32,543 bases of DNA from a virus (lineage: Duplodnaviria; Caudoviricetes). Shown piece after piece: positions 9,217 through 19,020 of the stretch. The translations under genes and the position numbers were made by a program. The notes under the pieces were generated by a model. The model did not search any database. It was not told the DNA's origin and was given only the letters and a program-made list of their open reading frames with translations. The DNA lies in the IMG/VR virus record IMGVR_UViG_3300033076_000957, positions 1 to 32,543 of that record, one strand, 5' to 3'. How positions within the stretch are numbered: position 1 is the first letter of the stretch; every line of letters begins with the position of its first letter.

Positions 9217-9529
9217 AATAATAAAAATAATTGTCAATCGCCGACTTATAATCTAACAAAGTGGTCTCTAAAGGGAATGGTATTTTCAAAATAGTATTAT
9301 CAGGTATTTCAACCTCACTACCACCAGCAAACCCGTTTGATTGTAAAATTAACCAACCAAAAAAAGGTGTCCCATAAAATTGTTGTGAAACTTTATCTAA
9401 TCTAGACACACCTAATTTATAGATATACACTTTGTCAGAAACCTTTGCAGGTATCTGAACAAAGGGTACGTTTATGAACGAACCATTACTTGTAAAATTA
9501 ACATATCTATTATAATATTCGTTAGCCAT
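9206..9529 (-). CDS. LysM-like baseplate wedge protein (T4 gp53 / P2 gpX-like)
   Basis: 107 aa. RLDKVSQQFYGTPFFGWLILQSN...ILKIP is the typical family pattern; sits between tube initiator and hub. Confidence 0.8.
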   Translation of the reverse strand: MANEYYNRYVNFTSNGSFINVPFVQIPAKVSDKVYIYKLGVSRLDKVSQQFYGTPFFGWLILQSNGFAGGSEVEIPDNTILKIPFPLETTLLDYKSAIDNYFYYYGK

Positions 9530-9531
9530 TA

Positions 9532-12500
9532 TTAATTAAAATTAATTTTACCATTAAATGAACTCACATTGTCATTTAAGTTTATAGTCTTATACAAGTT
9601 TGTAATTTTTTCTTTGTCAGGGTCAGTCTGTTCAAAAGTTGAGAAATCAAAAATTCTTGTCTTTTGTGATAAAGATACCCCATTTCTTTGAGGATTAAAT
9701 AACATATATGTTTTATACTCAGTATTTGTATTAATAAGATTTGTAAAATGAATATTTTCCTCAATGTACTCAGTATTAATTTTCCCAACATATCCATCAA
9801 CAATTTCAGAAATCGCGTCTATTGTTATTTGTTTAGTTGGTGATGTTAAATTTTGACAAAGTAAGTTTTTAAAAGTTTGTTTTTTATTTGAATCTAAGAA
9901 TACGTCTGAAAATAAACTGTACATTAAATTCATAGCCTTTGCACTTACAAGTTCAGTAGCATTTAGACTATTAGTTAATGCTGAAAATGTCGTCGCTTCA
10001 GTTCCGGCAGTGTATATTACTTTTTGATTTAAACAAAATGTGTAAAAACTTGTCAATGAACTATAGACTGTTGAGTAGTCACTTCTTAATGCGTTTAACG
10101 TATTTTCACCACTTTCAGTTAATCCCGTTAATTTTAAAACTTGTGAATTACCATCAGGTTTTTTCTTACCATCAATACCAAAAGATATCACATCTAACTT
10201 TCTAAAAAATTGATTATAACCCGCTTGGTTATTTGCATAATTTTGAATTTTTGAACTTAGTTCTCCAAAACTATTTTGTATTTTATCACTAACAATATTT
10301 TTAAAGTTATAAGTTACTTTATCCAAATCTTCAATGTCAATGGGATAATTAAACGCTAATAGACCTAATATTGGGTCTGTTTGAATATTAATTAATTCAG
10401 TGAATTGAGTTCCAAGGGTTTGTAAATTAGTTTGCCAAAATGAAGGTTTTCCAAAAATATTCAAAAAGTTAGTGTTAGGAGACTGTAATTCATCCAAATA
10501 ACCTTGTGAATAATTTCTTGTTAAACAAAGTTGTTTTAGTATTCCAAGATTATAACTAGAAACGATGTCTTGTGCAAAATTAACTGTATCCACAAAATAA
10601 TCATGAGTCTCTTGGATAAACAAATTAAAAAATGTTTTATACTCAGTTTGACCACTTGTATTACCACTATAAAGTGGTGTTTCATTTACAAATTGACCGA
10701 TAATAGTTCCTCCAAGTTCTCCCTGAGGAGTTGCATTAGTAGTAAATGGTTGGGATGTAATAGACTGTATTAATTCATTATCAATTGCTGAAAAATCTTC
10801 TGTTTCAACAGCCCTATCGTCATATAATTCAGTGTTTGCATAATAATTAAATGACAACGCATTTTGTATTTTTTCAATTGGTTCCTTAATACCACTTCCA
10901 CCAATAAAATCAAACGACATTTGAACTTTAGCAATCATAGGTTGAACACCAATTCCTTGTGGGTTAATGTCTAATCCCTCGTAAGAAAATTGTATTGAGC
11001 CAGGTATAATTTTTGTGTTATAAAAATCACCAATCCTTAATACCAAAACAGGTGGCTTACCAAAACTTGTATTTACCACATTATTGTTTGTAACATTACC
11101 TTCTTTTGTTTTTGTTGGGATTGTGTTACCCGGTCTTGTACATTGGTTAAGGAATGTTAATCTACTATTAAGTCCCTCGGGTGTAATGGCATGAAATGCT
11201 GGATTAAAATATTTAATTTTCTCCTGTATTGATTGATACACAAATGGGTCTGACTCTTTGATTACCTGAAAATAATCACACTCTGATAATAATTTTCTTA
11301 ATAAAAATTTAGAAACAGATGTCGGTTTATTTGATACGTCAGTATTTTCTTGTGGTTTTAATCCCGTTTGTTGAGGTTGTGGTGTTTGTTGCGCGTCTAC
11401 ACTTGGTTTTGGTTGGATTGTTACTTTTTTTACTCTTAACGCTCTACACGCCATTGCTTCAGGTGAATACACATCATTTGGTGGATTTAAAACTGTAGTA
11501 CAATTAAAAGTAACCCCATTTGATAAGGTTACAGTATCAGTAGAATCTGATGATAAAACTATAGTAATAGTACCGTCATCAAAAGGGGTTGCACCTAAAT
11601 CAATATAATTAATGAAATAATTTATAACACTTTCTAAAAATGTATTATTTCTTTCCGTATAATTAGTTGTGTTAGAAAATTTAGACCCTTCTAAAGCAAT
11701 AAAAACATTACCTTTTTTACCATCAATTATTGTTTTTATTTCATTCGCAAAATCAAATAAAACATTATAATCATTAATAATAACATCAGAAAAAAATGTT
11801 TGAGTATTCGCAGATACTGATGGATTTGATGTTGCGTATTGTTCTTGTCTTTCGGTAGATGTGTAGTTAGTATATAACTCATTAAACTCCTCAGGAGTTG
11901 CTTGTCCCCCATCAAAATAAAATCCTTTATTTTTATAATTGGTTTGTATTGTGATAACGTCACTATTATTTTGACTATTGTTGGTTGTTGGTGCTAGTCC
12001 TTGTGCCGCACTTGTTTTATCCTCCAAAGATGTTTGATTACTACCAATAACCTCCTGATATAATGCTGTTAAATCTGTGAATGATAATGTATTAAACTTT
12101 GCGGCCAATTCATATAAATCGTATTTTTTACATCCCGCAAAAAATGAAGCGACAACACCATTCACAGTTTGTGAGTCAGCTTTAGCTAATTCTCTATCAA
12201 CAATTAAGTTTAATACTGATGGGTGGTCGACGATTATTGACCAACTTAACGTTCCACTTCTTTTTGTATTATTATAAGTATAGACAGGCTCAGGTCTTCC
12301 AATAAAATTAGTTGATTCAAATTGCGGAGTTGTAGTATCCGCAAAAGTTAAATCATATGGTGGAAACCACATTATTCTACCTCCATTTGGTCCCTTCTCA
12401 CACGCAGGTAAGTCATTCCATTGTGGTGTGTCTCTCCAAGCCAAATTTTCAATCGAGAACATATATTTCTTAACTGAACCTTCCTTAGTAACATTTGTTG

Positions 12501-14331
12501 AGCCATTACCTGCCAAAGGAGCAATGTTCAAATTATATGTTGAATCTAAAACAGAATATGATGATTTTCTAATATTCCCATTAATTGCAGAACCGCTATC
12601 ACTAGAAACTGTTTGTTGTAAGTTACTGTAAGTATAATACGGATTATCTTTAGCAAACAATCTACCATACTCTTGTCCGACCTCAACACCGGCCTTATTT
12701 ACATATTTTTTAACTTTAGAACCTTTTGTAATTTCTTTGTATCCATCATTAAAAACTTTAGACACCTGATTAATAGCATTACCAGCATGTTGTAATCTCT
12801 TTTTATCTTTAGGTGTTGAATTGATTAATCTCTGAGTTTCGTCTAATATTGACCCAGGTGTAAATCCTCCTTTGTCTGTTGATGCAGCGTTTAAGTAGTA
12901 TGAATTAATACCATTACCAACAAAGTTATCATAATCGCCAAAACTTGTTTCACCACCTGACCCAACTTTTTGTCCAGCAGCTCCTATAGTATCAGAAGAC
13001 GCCCACACAAATCCACCATCATTACTTGGTCTTTGGTCATATGGTTTTTCACCTAATCCGAACTGATAGTTTTGATAAACCGTCCCCTCAAATACTTTTG
13101 CCATGTTATCCGGTCCATAAACAACAGAACTTGTTTGTTGTCCCAAATAATTAATTGGTGAATCTTGTGACGGTGAATTTACTTTACTAGGGTCAGTTAT
13201 ATCATTTCCAACATAAAAATTGGTAATTGAAGCGTCTTTATTACCGAATATAGCATTAAAAAATAATCCAGCCTGAGTTCTTGTTGTATCATAATCAGGT
13301 TTATAAACATTATAATTTAAACTTTTAAATAAAACAGATTTTTGACCACTACCAGTATTATTTAAAAATTTCTTAGAAGGATTATTGTTTGGGTCTGCGG
13401 GTTTATAAGCACCAGGTAATGCAGTGTCTAATAATTGTCTAAATGTTGCTCTTTTACTATCAGGTTCATTGAAATAACTTCCCTCAATAGGTGATGCAGG
13501 TAATAAACTACCTGTCATCTTTTGAGTTAGGTATTTTGCTTGGTCAAAAACACCATCAGGGACCGTTATACTCCAATTTTTTTGAATTAACGACTCTTGC
13601 CCTGTTGCAAGTTCTGCAATTGAAAATGGATTAGTTAATGCTTGGAAATTTGCCCTTCCTAAAGTATTTCTGTAGATTTGTCTATCAATGTTAGCCTGTA
13701 TTTGAAAATCTAAATAAGTCGCAGAAATTTGAGCCAAGTATGAATCATTAGAAGAATCATTGGATTTTTCTAAAATTTTGTTAAGAGTGACTTCGTTTTC
13801 GACAAAATTAGGGTATTGTCCATTAGTTTTTTTTGTGGTAACTAATGGAGTATCACTAACAAAATATAAACTACTGTATTTGTCTTCAGATACATAAGCA
13901 TTAAGAACTGAAATGGTATCAATACTTAATTCATTCACAATGTCCATTTTGGTCTCAGTTAAAGGCCAATAAGGAGCATTATTACTTAAACTAAAAGATT
14001 CACCGTTATTAAGAGTTAGTGTGTCAGTTGTAGTATTTTGATTTGGTTGTGATATAACATCCGCAACATCCACTCTGTTTTCCTGTCCTCCAGGCCCATA
14101 CGTATTGAATCTTGTAACTACCTCAACATTTCTATTGTTGTTATCCACAACATCGCTAATGTTTGGGGTGTCGGTAACTGTACTATTTTGGAAATTAATT
14201 ATTGTCTCAGTATCCACCTTTGGTGAGTTGGATGTGAAATATCCCGTCAGTTTATAAGGTTGTAAATTTCTTGTTAATAAACCTTTCCTAAACTGTTCGG
14301 AACCATTAAAAGACAATAGATTATTTCCCAT
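9532..14331 (-). CDS. Large baseplate / tail-tube initiator protein (gp48/gp54/P2 gpU-like domain) with inserted domains
   Basis: 1599 aa. FPPYDLTFAD...FIGRPEPVYTYNNTKRSGTLSWSI and PPVLVLRIGDFYNTKIIPGSIQFSY...QPMIAKVQMSF are the two halves of the tube-initiator fold. Follows the tape measure gene. Confidence 0.7.
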   Translation of the reverse strand: MGNNLLSFNGSEQFRKGLLTRNLQPYKLTGYFTSNSPKVDTETIINFQNSTVTDTPNISDVVDNNNRNVEVVTRFNTYGPGGQENRVDVADVISQPNQNTTTDTLTLNNGESFSLSNNAPYWPLTETKMDIVNELSIDTISVLNAYVSEDKYSSLYFVSDTPLVTTKKTNGQYPNFVENEVTLNKILEKSNDSSNDSYLAQISATYLDFQIQANIDRQIYRNTLGRANFQALTNPFSIAELATGQESLIQKNWSITVPDGVFDQAKYLTQKMTGSLLPASPIEGSYFNEPDSKRATFRQLLDTALPGAYKPADPNNNPSKKFLNNTGSGQKSVLFKSLNYNVYKPDYDTTRTQAGLFFNAIFGNKDASITNFYVGNDITDPSKVNSPSQDSPINYLGQQTSSVVYGPDNMAKVFEGTVYQNYQFGLGEKPYDQRPSNDGGFVWASSDTIGAAGQKVGSGGETSFGDYDNFVGNGINSYYLNAASTDKGGFTPGSILDETQRLINSTPKDKKRLQHAGNAINQVSKVFNDGYKEITKGSKVKKYVNKAGVEVGQEYGRLFAKDNPYYTYSNLQQTVSSDSGSAINGNIRKSSYSVLDSTYNLNIAPLAGNGSTNVTKEGSVKKYMFSIENLAWRDTPQWNDLPACEKGPNGGRIMWFPPYDLTFADTTTPQFESTNFIGRPEPVYTYNNTKRSGTLSWSIIVDHPSVLNLIVDRELAKADSQTVNGVVASFFAGCKKYDLYELAAKFNTLSFTDLTALYQEVIGSNQTSLEDKTSAAQGLAPTTNNSQNNSDVITIQTNYKNKGFYFDGGQATPEEFNELYTNYTSTERQEQYATSNPSVSANTQTFFSDVIINDYNVLFDFANEIKTIIDGKKGNVFIALEGSKFSNTTNYTERNNTFLESVINYFINYIDLGATPFDDGTITIVLSSDSTDTVTLSNGVTFNCTTVLNPPNDVYSPEAMACRALRVKKVTIQPKPSVDAQQTPQPQQTGLKPQENTDVSNKPTSVSKFLLRKLLSECDYFQVIKESDPFVYQSIQEKIKYFNPAFHAITPEGLNSRLTFLNQCTRPGNTIPTKTKEGNVTNNNVVNTSFGKPPVLVLRIGDFYNTKIIPGSIQFSYEGLDINPQGIGVQPMIAKVQMSFDFIGGSGIKEPIEKIQNALSFNYYANTELYDDRAVETEDFSAIDNELIQSITSQPFTTNATPQGELGGTIIGQFVNETPLYSGNTSGQTEYKTFFNLFIQETHDYFVDTVNFAQDIVSSYNLGILKQLCLTRNYSQGYLDELQSPNTNFLNIFGKPSFWQTNLQTLGTQFTELINIQTDPILGLLAFNYPIDIEDLDKVTYNFKNIVSDKIQNSFGELSSKIQNYANNQAGYNQFFRKLDVISFGIDGKKKPDGNSQVLKLTGLTESGENTLNALRSDYSTVYSSLTSFYTFCLNQKVIYTAGTEATTFSALTNSLNATELVSAKAMNLMYSLFSDVFLDSNKKQTFKNLLCQNLTSPTKQITIDAISEIVDGYVGKINTEYIEENIHFTNLINTNTEYKTYMLFNPQRNGVSLSQKTRIFDFSTFEQTDPDKEKITNLYKTINLNDNVSSFNGKINFN

Positions 14332-14344
14332 TAAGTTTTTTTAA

Positions 14345-14351
14345 ATAAATA
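14345..14351 (-). promoter_or_regulatory. Putative late promoter TATTTAT
   Basis: Motif 13 nt upstream of ATG 14331 in a 36-nt intergenic gap. Confidence 0.55.
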
Positions 14352-14367
14352 GAAAGAATTTCCTTTT

Positions 14368-16605
14368 TTAAGCGATTGAAATTTGTTCAACGTAGTTTTG
14401 GAATGGTGTGTCGTTATCTACACCGTAGTTAGTTTTCTTAATATCCAAACTCTGTATTACCTTTGATTTGAAAGTGTCGTTATTTTTAAAATTGTCCGCA
14501 ATTTGTTGTAATGCTTGGTTATTACCTTCAGCCTTAAATGTAAGTGTAATGTTGTGAGTAATTTTTGTTTCTTTACTTGCGGTAGTTTGATTATTAACTG
14601 CCGGTTGATTGATAACTTCTCTAACGGTTTCAATTTGTCTTGGTGGTTGTATAGTTTTTTGAGTTATAATTGAACTCATTGATTGTCTTAACTGTTCTAA
14701 TGGTAACTCAAAATTTTTAGTCATCATTTGAGTTAATTGGACAACTTCATTTGTTTGATTTTGATTAGTTATATTTTTAGAAAAATTATTATTAATTTCA
14801 TTTGTTACAACATTTTTTGTTAATTCAGCCATTTTAAATGGGTCAATAGTATTAACAGGTTGTGGAAATTTTAAATTTTCTAATGCCGAAATTATACTAT
14901 CACTAAAATCAGGTATTTGTATTTTTGGGGTCTCGGCCTGTTCTCCTTTAACATTTATATTTTCTTTTTGAGCAAAGACAACTAAATCATTTTTATCTTT
15001 ATTAATAACTTGGTTTTGTTCAGGGAAATACACCGCATCTTTAACACCAATACTTTGTTTTATCTGTGAGAAATCAATTCCTGTAATTGTAGTATTTAAA
15101 CCTAATAAATTATTACCCAAAGTCTTAGCAGCGTCAGATGCAGAATTAAATGCAGAATTTGCAAGTTTGATATAATTCAAATTACCATCAGGAGTTATAT
15201 ATTGGTCAATATCAGATAGTGTTCCTTTTGGGGTTCTTTGTCCTTGTTTATATCCACCTTCAATCCCTGGTTGGTACATTCCTGTTTGTCCCTTGGCATA
15301 ATCACTAACTGTTCCGGCCGCTTTTTTTATAACCTCATCCCCTTTCTGTGTTGATGCAATTGACAATCCTAATGATTTAGACATAGCTTCTAACTGAGCC
15401 GCCATTCTACCGGTATTACCCATTTGGGCATTTGCAATGTCCAACATTTTTTCTTCATACGTCTTTCCTGACTCTTCTTGTAACCCAGTAATAACTTCTT
15501 TTAATCCTTTAGCATCATCCTGATATCTAACTAATAAATCTTGTACATTTTCCAAATTACCGTCTTTAGTAGTTATAACATAATCTCCTGTATTTTTATC
15601 TAATGTTGCAAGATTTGCAATGGCCGTTTTAGTATCCTCATCAATATTACCAATACCACTAAAATCAATATCCGCTAATTTTTTATCTAAATTAGCGGTA
15701 CCTAATGCCATCTTTTCAATTTCAGATTGTGGTATTTGTAATTCCTTTGCAAGTTCCCTCATCTTCATTTTCGCATCAGGGAAAAACTCAAAAGCTTGGG
15801 TTTCTTCATTAAAGAAAGTATATTGTTTGAATAACCCACTTAATTGATTTTGTAATTCAGGAACATTGTTTTGAGCTAAGTCCATTAATCTTAGTGGGTC
15901 AATTAATTCTGATGACACATTACCTAATCTTTGTAATGCGGCCGACATATTAATTGCATCCTCAGGATTTAACATTTTATCTGCAAAATCCAAAGTTTGT
16001 TTCATGTCAATTCTTAACATAGCCGCCTTTGCCGCCATTTTTGCTAAACCATCAACACCATTAACAAAATTAAATCTATTAAGTTGTTCTAAATTACTTA
16101 CAACATTTTTACTAACCACCTGAGAAGATACACCCATATTTCGAGCAATTTCCGCAGTTTTACCCATCTGTTCAGTAATATGAGACAACGACATTCCCGC
16201 ACTATCAAACCCACTAATAAGTTCTCCCGCCGCAACACCCGTTACTTTTGTAGTTGCATACAGTTTTTGATACATGTCCTCACTTAGGACTATATTTTTG
16301 TTTAACTGTTCAACAACTTCATTCTGTAATGCAGTAGCATCTTTAATGTCCCCTCCCAAAGAGAGTATCGCAAAAGCCCCTTTTGATAAATTGTCTTTAA
16401 TTGATGCTGAGAGACCTTCTCCAACCCCCATAGTTTTCATTACAGAGGCAAACTGCTGGTCTATGGTCACTAAAGTTTCAGGTATAGATGTGAAAATTTC
16501 TTTAGTGTCTGTGGCAATAGTTTGCATCAATTTGCCAGGTTTTAGCAAATCTAATATTCGACTAGTCTCATCAGTAGTATTAGTACCCTGTAAAAAATAT
16601 AACAT
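14368..16605 (-). CDS. Tail tape measure protein
   Basis: 745 aa, Ala/Met/Leu/Gln-rich helical N-terminal two thirds (GVDGLAKMAAKAAMLRIDM, DPLRLMDLAQN). Canonical position after tube and chaperones, before baseplate genes. Confidence 0.72.
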   Translation of the reverse strand: MLYFLQGTNTTDETSRILDLLKPGKLMQTIATDTKEIFTSIPETLVTIDQQFASVMKTMGVGEGLSASIKDNLSKGAFAILSLGGDIKDATALQNEVVEQLNKNIVLSEDMYQKLYATTKVTGVAAGELISGFDSAGMSLSHITEQMGKTAEIARNMGVSSQVVSKNVVSNLEQLNRFNFVNGVDGLAKMAAKAAMLRIDMKQTLDFADKMLNPEDAINMSAALQRLGNVSSELIDPLRLMDLAQNNVPELQNQLSGLFKQYTFFNEETQAFEFFPDAKMKMRELAKELQIPQSEIEKMALGTANLDKKLADIDFSGIGNIDEDTKTAIANLATLDKNTGDYVITTKDGNLENVQDLLVRYQDDAKGLKEVITGLQEESGKTYEEKMLDIANAQMGNTGRMAAQLEAMSKSLGLSIASTQKGDEVIKKAAGTVSDYAKGQTGMYQPGIEGGYKQGQRTPKGTLSDIDQYITPDGNLNYIKLANSAFNSASDAAKTLGNNLLGLNTTITGIDFSQIKQSIGVKDAVYFPEQNQVINKDKNDLVVFAQKENINVKGEQAETPKIQIPDFSDSIISALENLKFPQPVNTIDPFKMAELTKNVVTNEINNNFSKNITNQNQTNEVVQLTQMMTKNFELPLEQLRQSMSSIITQKTIQPPRQIETVREVINQPAVNNQTTASKETKITHNITLTFKAEGNNQALQQIADNFKNNDTFKSKVIQSLDIKKTNYGVDNDTPFQNYVEQISIA

Positions 16606-16607
16606 TT

Positions 16608-16742
16608 TTAACTATTTGGTGTGTTAATCTCGATAATCTTATCAACTAAGTATCTTCTTTGATAAATAGGCATAGAAAGAAAATCAGAATAAGAAGTATT
16701 CAAATGTTTGGACAATAACATGTATTGGTCCAATAAATACAT
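16608..16742 (-). CDS. Unannotated gp51-like / tail assembly chaperone second ORF (44 aa from its own ATG, or the C-terminus of a +1 frameshift fusion)
   Basis: Read by hand: MYLLDQYMLLSKHLNTSYSDFLSMPIYQRRYLVDKIIEINTPNS*. It has the YSDxxxMPxxxRxY pattern of pre-tape-measure chaperones and fills the gap, stopping 2 nt before the TMP ATG. The frame is open upstream across the end of the previous gene. Confidence 0.75.
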   Translation of the reverse strand: MYLLDQYMLLSKHLNTSYSDFLSMPIYQRRYLVDKIIEINTPNS

Positions 16743-16749
16743 TATATGA

Positions 16750-17502
16750 TTAGAAGAAAGGGCGAAAAAACTCAGCCCCAAAGGTAATACGTGCGAGTAC
16801 CTTTCTTCCTGACGGGGCTATAATTTCTCTATTTAAATCAATTCTGGGTTCGTTTTTATCAATAAAATTCTTAATGTATTTAGAATCCATAATTGGCATT
16901 TGTTCTAAGAAACTAGCAATTGTACCAAGTTCTCTATTACCATTTAGTTCAACTATTTGTTTTTGTAACCTCCATGTGACCGTTGGGGGAACAAGTCCTT
17001 TTGGGTAGTTGTCAATCATTTTACCTAATTCTACAGTGTCTCCATACGTTAATGGTTTTAGTTTAACTTGAGCATTTGATTTAGGTAATGTTGTTGTAAA
17101 TAATCCATCTCCATCAGGTTCAACTTCTGGTTTGATAAAGTTAAGTTCCTGTAAAAGAATTGTTTGTTCAAAAGATTTCCCTGTTTCGGGGTCAACAATA
17201 TTAAAAGTGTATTCAGGTCCAAAAGATGAGTTTCTTAAAAAAATCAAAATGGTTTCTAAATCACCTTCCAATAAATCCTCAGGTTTTAAATCAGGTTCAT
17301 ATAGTTTATTTCTAACTAATTGAGCGATTAAACCTTCTCCTCCATTTTTAGTAGCATTTACCAAAATATTTTCGTCAGCCGCGGTTAAGTAACCTACTTT
17401 GACCGATTTCTTCTTACTTTTATAATATCTACCTCCACTTGGTAGTGTAACCACATCATGTGGTAGATTAAAACCTTCTTGACTATATTGATTGTTTTCC
17501 AT
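16750..17502 (-). CDS. T4 gp26-like baseplate hub / tail assembly chaperone
   Basis: 250 aa. VTLPSGG, YLTAADENIL, DLLEGDLETILIFLRNSSFG and C-terminal FF-x-P; lies between tube and tape measure genes. Confidence 0.75.
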   Translation of the reverse strand: MENNQYSQEGFNLPHDVVTLPSGGRYYKSKKKSVKVGYLTAADENILVNATKNGGEGLIAQLVRNKLYEPDLKPEDLLEGDLETILIFLRNSSFGPEYTFNIVDPETGKSFEQTILLQELNFIKPEVEPDGDGLFTTTLPKSNAQVKLKPLTYGDTVELGKMIDNYPKGLVPPTVTWRLQKQIVELNGNRELGTIASFLEQMPIMDSKYIKNFIDKNEPRIDLNREIIAPSGRKVLARITFGAEFFRPFF

Positions 17503-17510
17503 ACTTTTTT

Positions 17511-17540
17511 AAATAAAAAATCCACACAATGTGTGGATTT
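17511..17540 (-). terminator. Rho-independent terminator after the tail tube gene
   Basis: Inverted repeat AAATCCACAC (17518-17527) / GTGTGGATTT (17531-17540) with a U-rich tail on the minus strand. Confidence 0.65.
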
Positions 17541-17563
17541 GTAAATAGTTCCGTAATATTATA

Positions 17564-18055
17564 TTAGAATAATAAGATACATCTGTCAGGTCTCAAAGTG
17601 GCTTGGATTTTAGCCAATCCATCTTGTGAGTAGTCCAAACTTTGGAAATCCACGTTTGTTAAGAAACAACTTTGTAGTAACCATTTTTCAACAACTACTC
17701 CTGTTGGGTCTAACATTTCCAAATTAATGTCTTTCTTATAACCCGCAGCGTAACCCATACGACCTGTAACTGATTCTGCGTGTAATCTTACCCACTCCAT
17801 AAGAGCCTGAGCCGCTGACGGACCAATAGGGTCACGGAAAGTCACATTGATTTCTCCCCATTCAAACATACCCGCAACATAAGTTTTGGTGTTCAAAAAT
17901 GGAATCTCTGTAGATTTTATTGTAATTTTTGGACGAGATGTAGATTCAACATACCATTCATTGATACCCAATGTAGTATCCACCCATCTCATTATAAATC
18001 GGTTTTGCCTTTTGGGTTCGTAAGGTACCGGCATTTGCATTAATAAATCAGCCAT
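17564..18055 (-). CDS. Tail tube protein (T4 gp19-like)
   Basis: 163 aa. EPKRQNRF, RPKITI, YVAGMFEWGEINVTFRDPI, LMEW, GYKKDI, VVEKWLL, LDYS motifs. Confidence 0.9.
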   Translation of the reverse strand: MADLLMQMPVPYEPKRQNRFIMRWVDTTLGINEWYVESTSRPKITIKSTEIPFLNTKTYVAGMFEWGEINVTFRDPIGPSAAQALMEWVRLHAESVTGRMGYAAGYKKDINLEMLDPTGVVVEKWLLQSCFLTNVDFQSLDYSQDGLAKIQATLRPDRCILLF

Positions 18056-18090
18056 GTCTATTCTGTTTTAATTTTTTCTTTTATTTATTT

Positions 18091-18097
18091 ATAAATA
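18091..18097 (-). promoter_or_regulatory. Putative late promoter TATTTAT for the tail tube gene
   Basis: GATATTTATA on the coding strand, 35 nt upstream of ATG 18055. Confidence 0.5.
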
Positions 18098-18159
18098 TCA
18101 TCATTGAAAGAATTTTCTATTTACTTTAAAGTTTTTTCGAATCATCTTTGCATAAGACT

Positions 18160-18190
18160 AGTTATTATTTATTATCCAGTTATTATTTAT
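18160..18190. repeat. 13-bp direct repeat AGTTATTATTTAT (2 copies, 18-bp period)
   Basis: Copies at 18160-18172 and 18178-18190; the second overlaps the HAD gene stop. Confidence 0.5.
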
Positions 18191-19016
18191 CATAAAGTTT
18201 CTTTTCTCCTCCGTGAGTTGAATATAACTGATACATATTTTCTTCATCTTTTCCTAGTTCTGATTTAAGTTTTTCTAGGTTTCTTAAATCGTCGTCTGAA
18301 AATCCTATTTTAGGAACAAATCTATTAGAAATGTCATCCTTAAAATAAGGAGACCCTCCAAGTTTATTTGATAAAGATTTAACATAGTTTTGGAATTCCC
18401 TCGCAGCGTCCACTTTTAAATCTTCAGGTTTAGCCGCAGAACCTGCCCCGAATGTAACAGGATAATATTTGTTCAATTTAAACACATAAAAATCAACCAA
18501 TCTATCGTCACTAACATTTGGATTTTGTTGAGCAATTTTATTGTATTTTCTCAAATTCCAAATTAATTCTTTTTTAGATATTCCGTTTATATTACCCTCA
18601 ATCAATTTTCTAACGGCCAATGCTAAAGTCTTTGGATTGTGCCCTCTAGCAGTAACAATAGAGAAGACTGAACCACCATTAATCGCTTCCACAAAATCTG
18701 ACCAAGCAGGTCCTGGTTTTGCCATCATTGAGTCCATTAAAAACTTTTTATCTCCCTTTGTTCCGAAATTTCTAAAGGGGTCTTCAGCAAAACCTACAAT
18801 TTTACGTCCTTTATAATCAAAAGGTTCTGAACCAATTTTAGTTCTATATTCGGCAAAATCTTCGGTTCCCATCCCAACTTCATTTCCGTTAGAATCTTTC
18901 AATACGATTTTAGTTGGCATGTACATTATATTGTCATCCCAATCAAACGCATAATATTTCATATCGGGTGTAAGTTCTTCTAAATCACCAAAACCCTCAA
19001 CTATTACTAATTTCAT
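18183..19016 (-). CDS. HAD-superfamily phosphatase/hydrolase
   Basis: 277 aa. Motif I YAFDWDDNI, motif II IVTARG, candidate motif III Lys (LKVD), motif IV IGFSDDD. Confidence 0.78.
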   Translation of the reverse strand: MKLVIVEGFGDLEELTPDMKYYAFDWDDNIMYMPTKIVLKDSNGNEVGMGTEDFAEYRTKIGSEPFDYKGRKIVGFAEDPFRNFGTKGDKKFLMDSMMAKPGPAWSDFVEAINGGSVFSIVTARGHNPKTLALAVRKLIEGNINGISKKELIWNLRKYNKIAQQNPNVSDDRLVDFYVFKLNKYYPVTFGAGSAAKPEDLKVDAAREFQNYVKSLSNKLGGSPYFKDDISNRFVPKIGFSDDDLRNLEKLKSELGKDEENMYQLYSTHGGEKKLYDK

Positions 19017-19020
19017 AACA

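Noticed and set aside
9217-9237. TTG start of the hub gene given in the track
   Set aside because: ATG 9216, overlapping the upstream stop, is more plausible; the extra MTIIFII lies inside the upstream gene.
16274-16627. 117-aa plus-strand ORF, and the other short track ORFs antisense to or nested in long genes
   Set aside because: Shadow frames of well-supported genes; no motifs or plausible expression signals.
16684-16752. Stop-codon read-through of the gp26-like gene as the route to a longer chaperone
   Set aside because: The zero frame after TAA closes again within about 21 codons and lacks the chaperone motif, which is in the +1 frame.
18160-18190. 13-bp direct repeat as a target-site duplication from HAD gene insertion
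   Set aside because: Both copies are on the same side of the gene and are low-complexity AT sequence.
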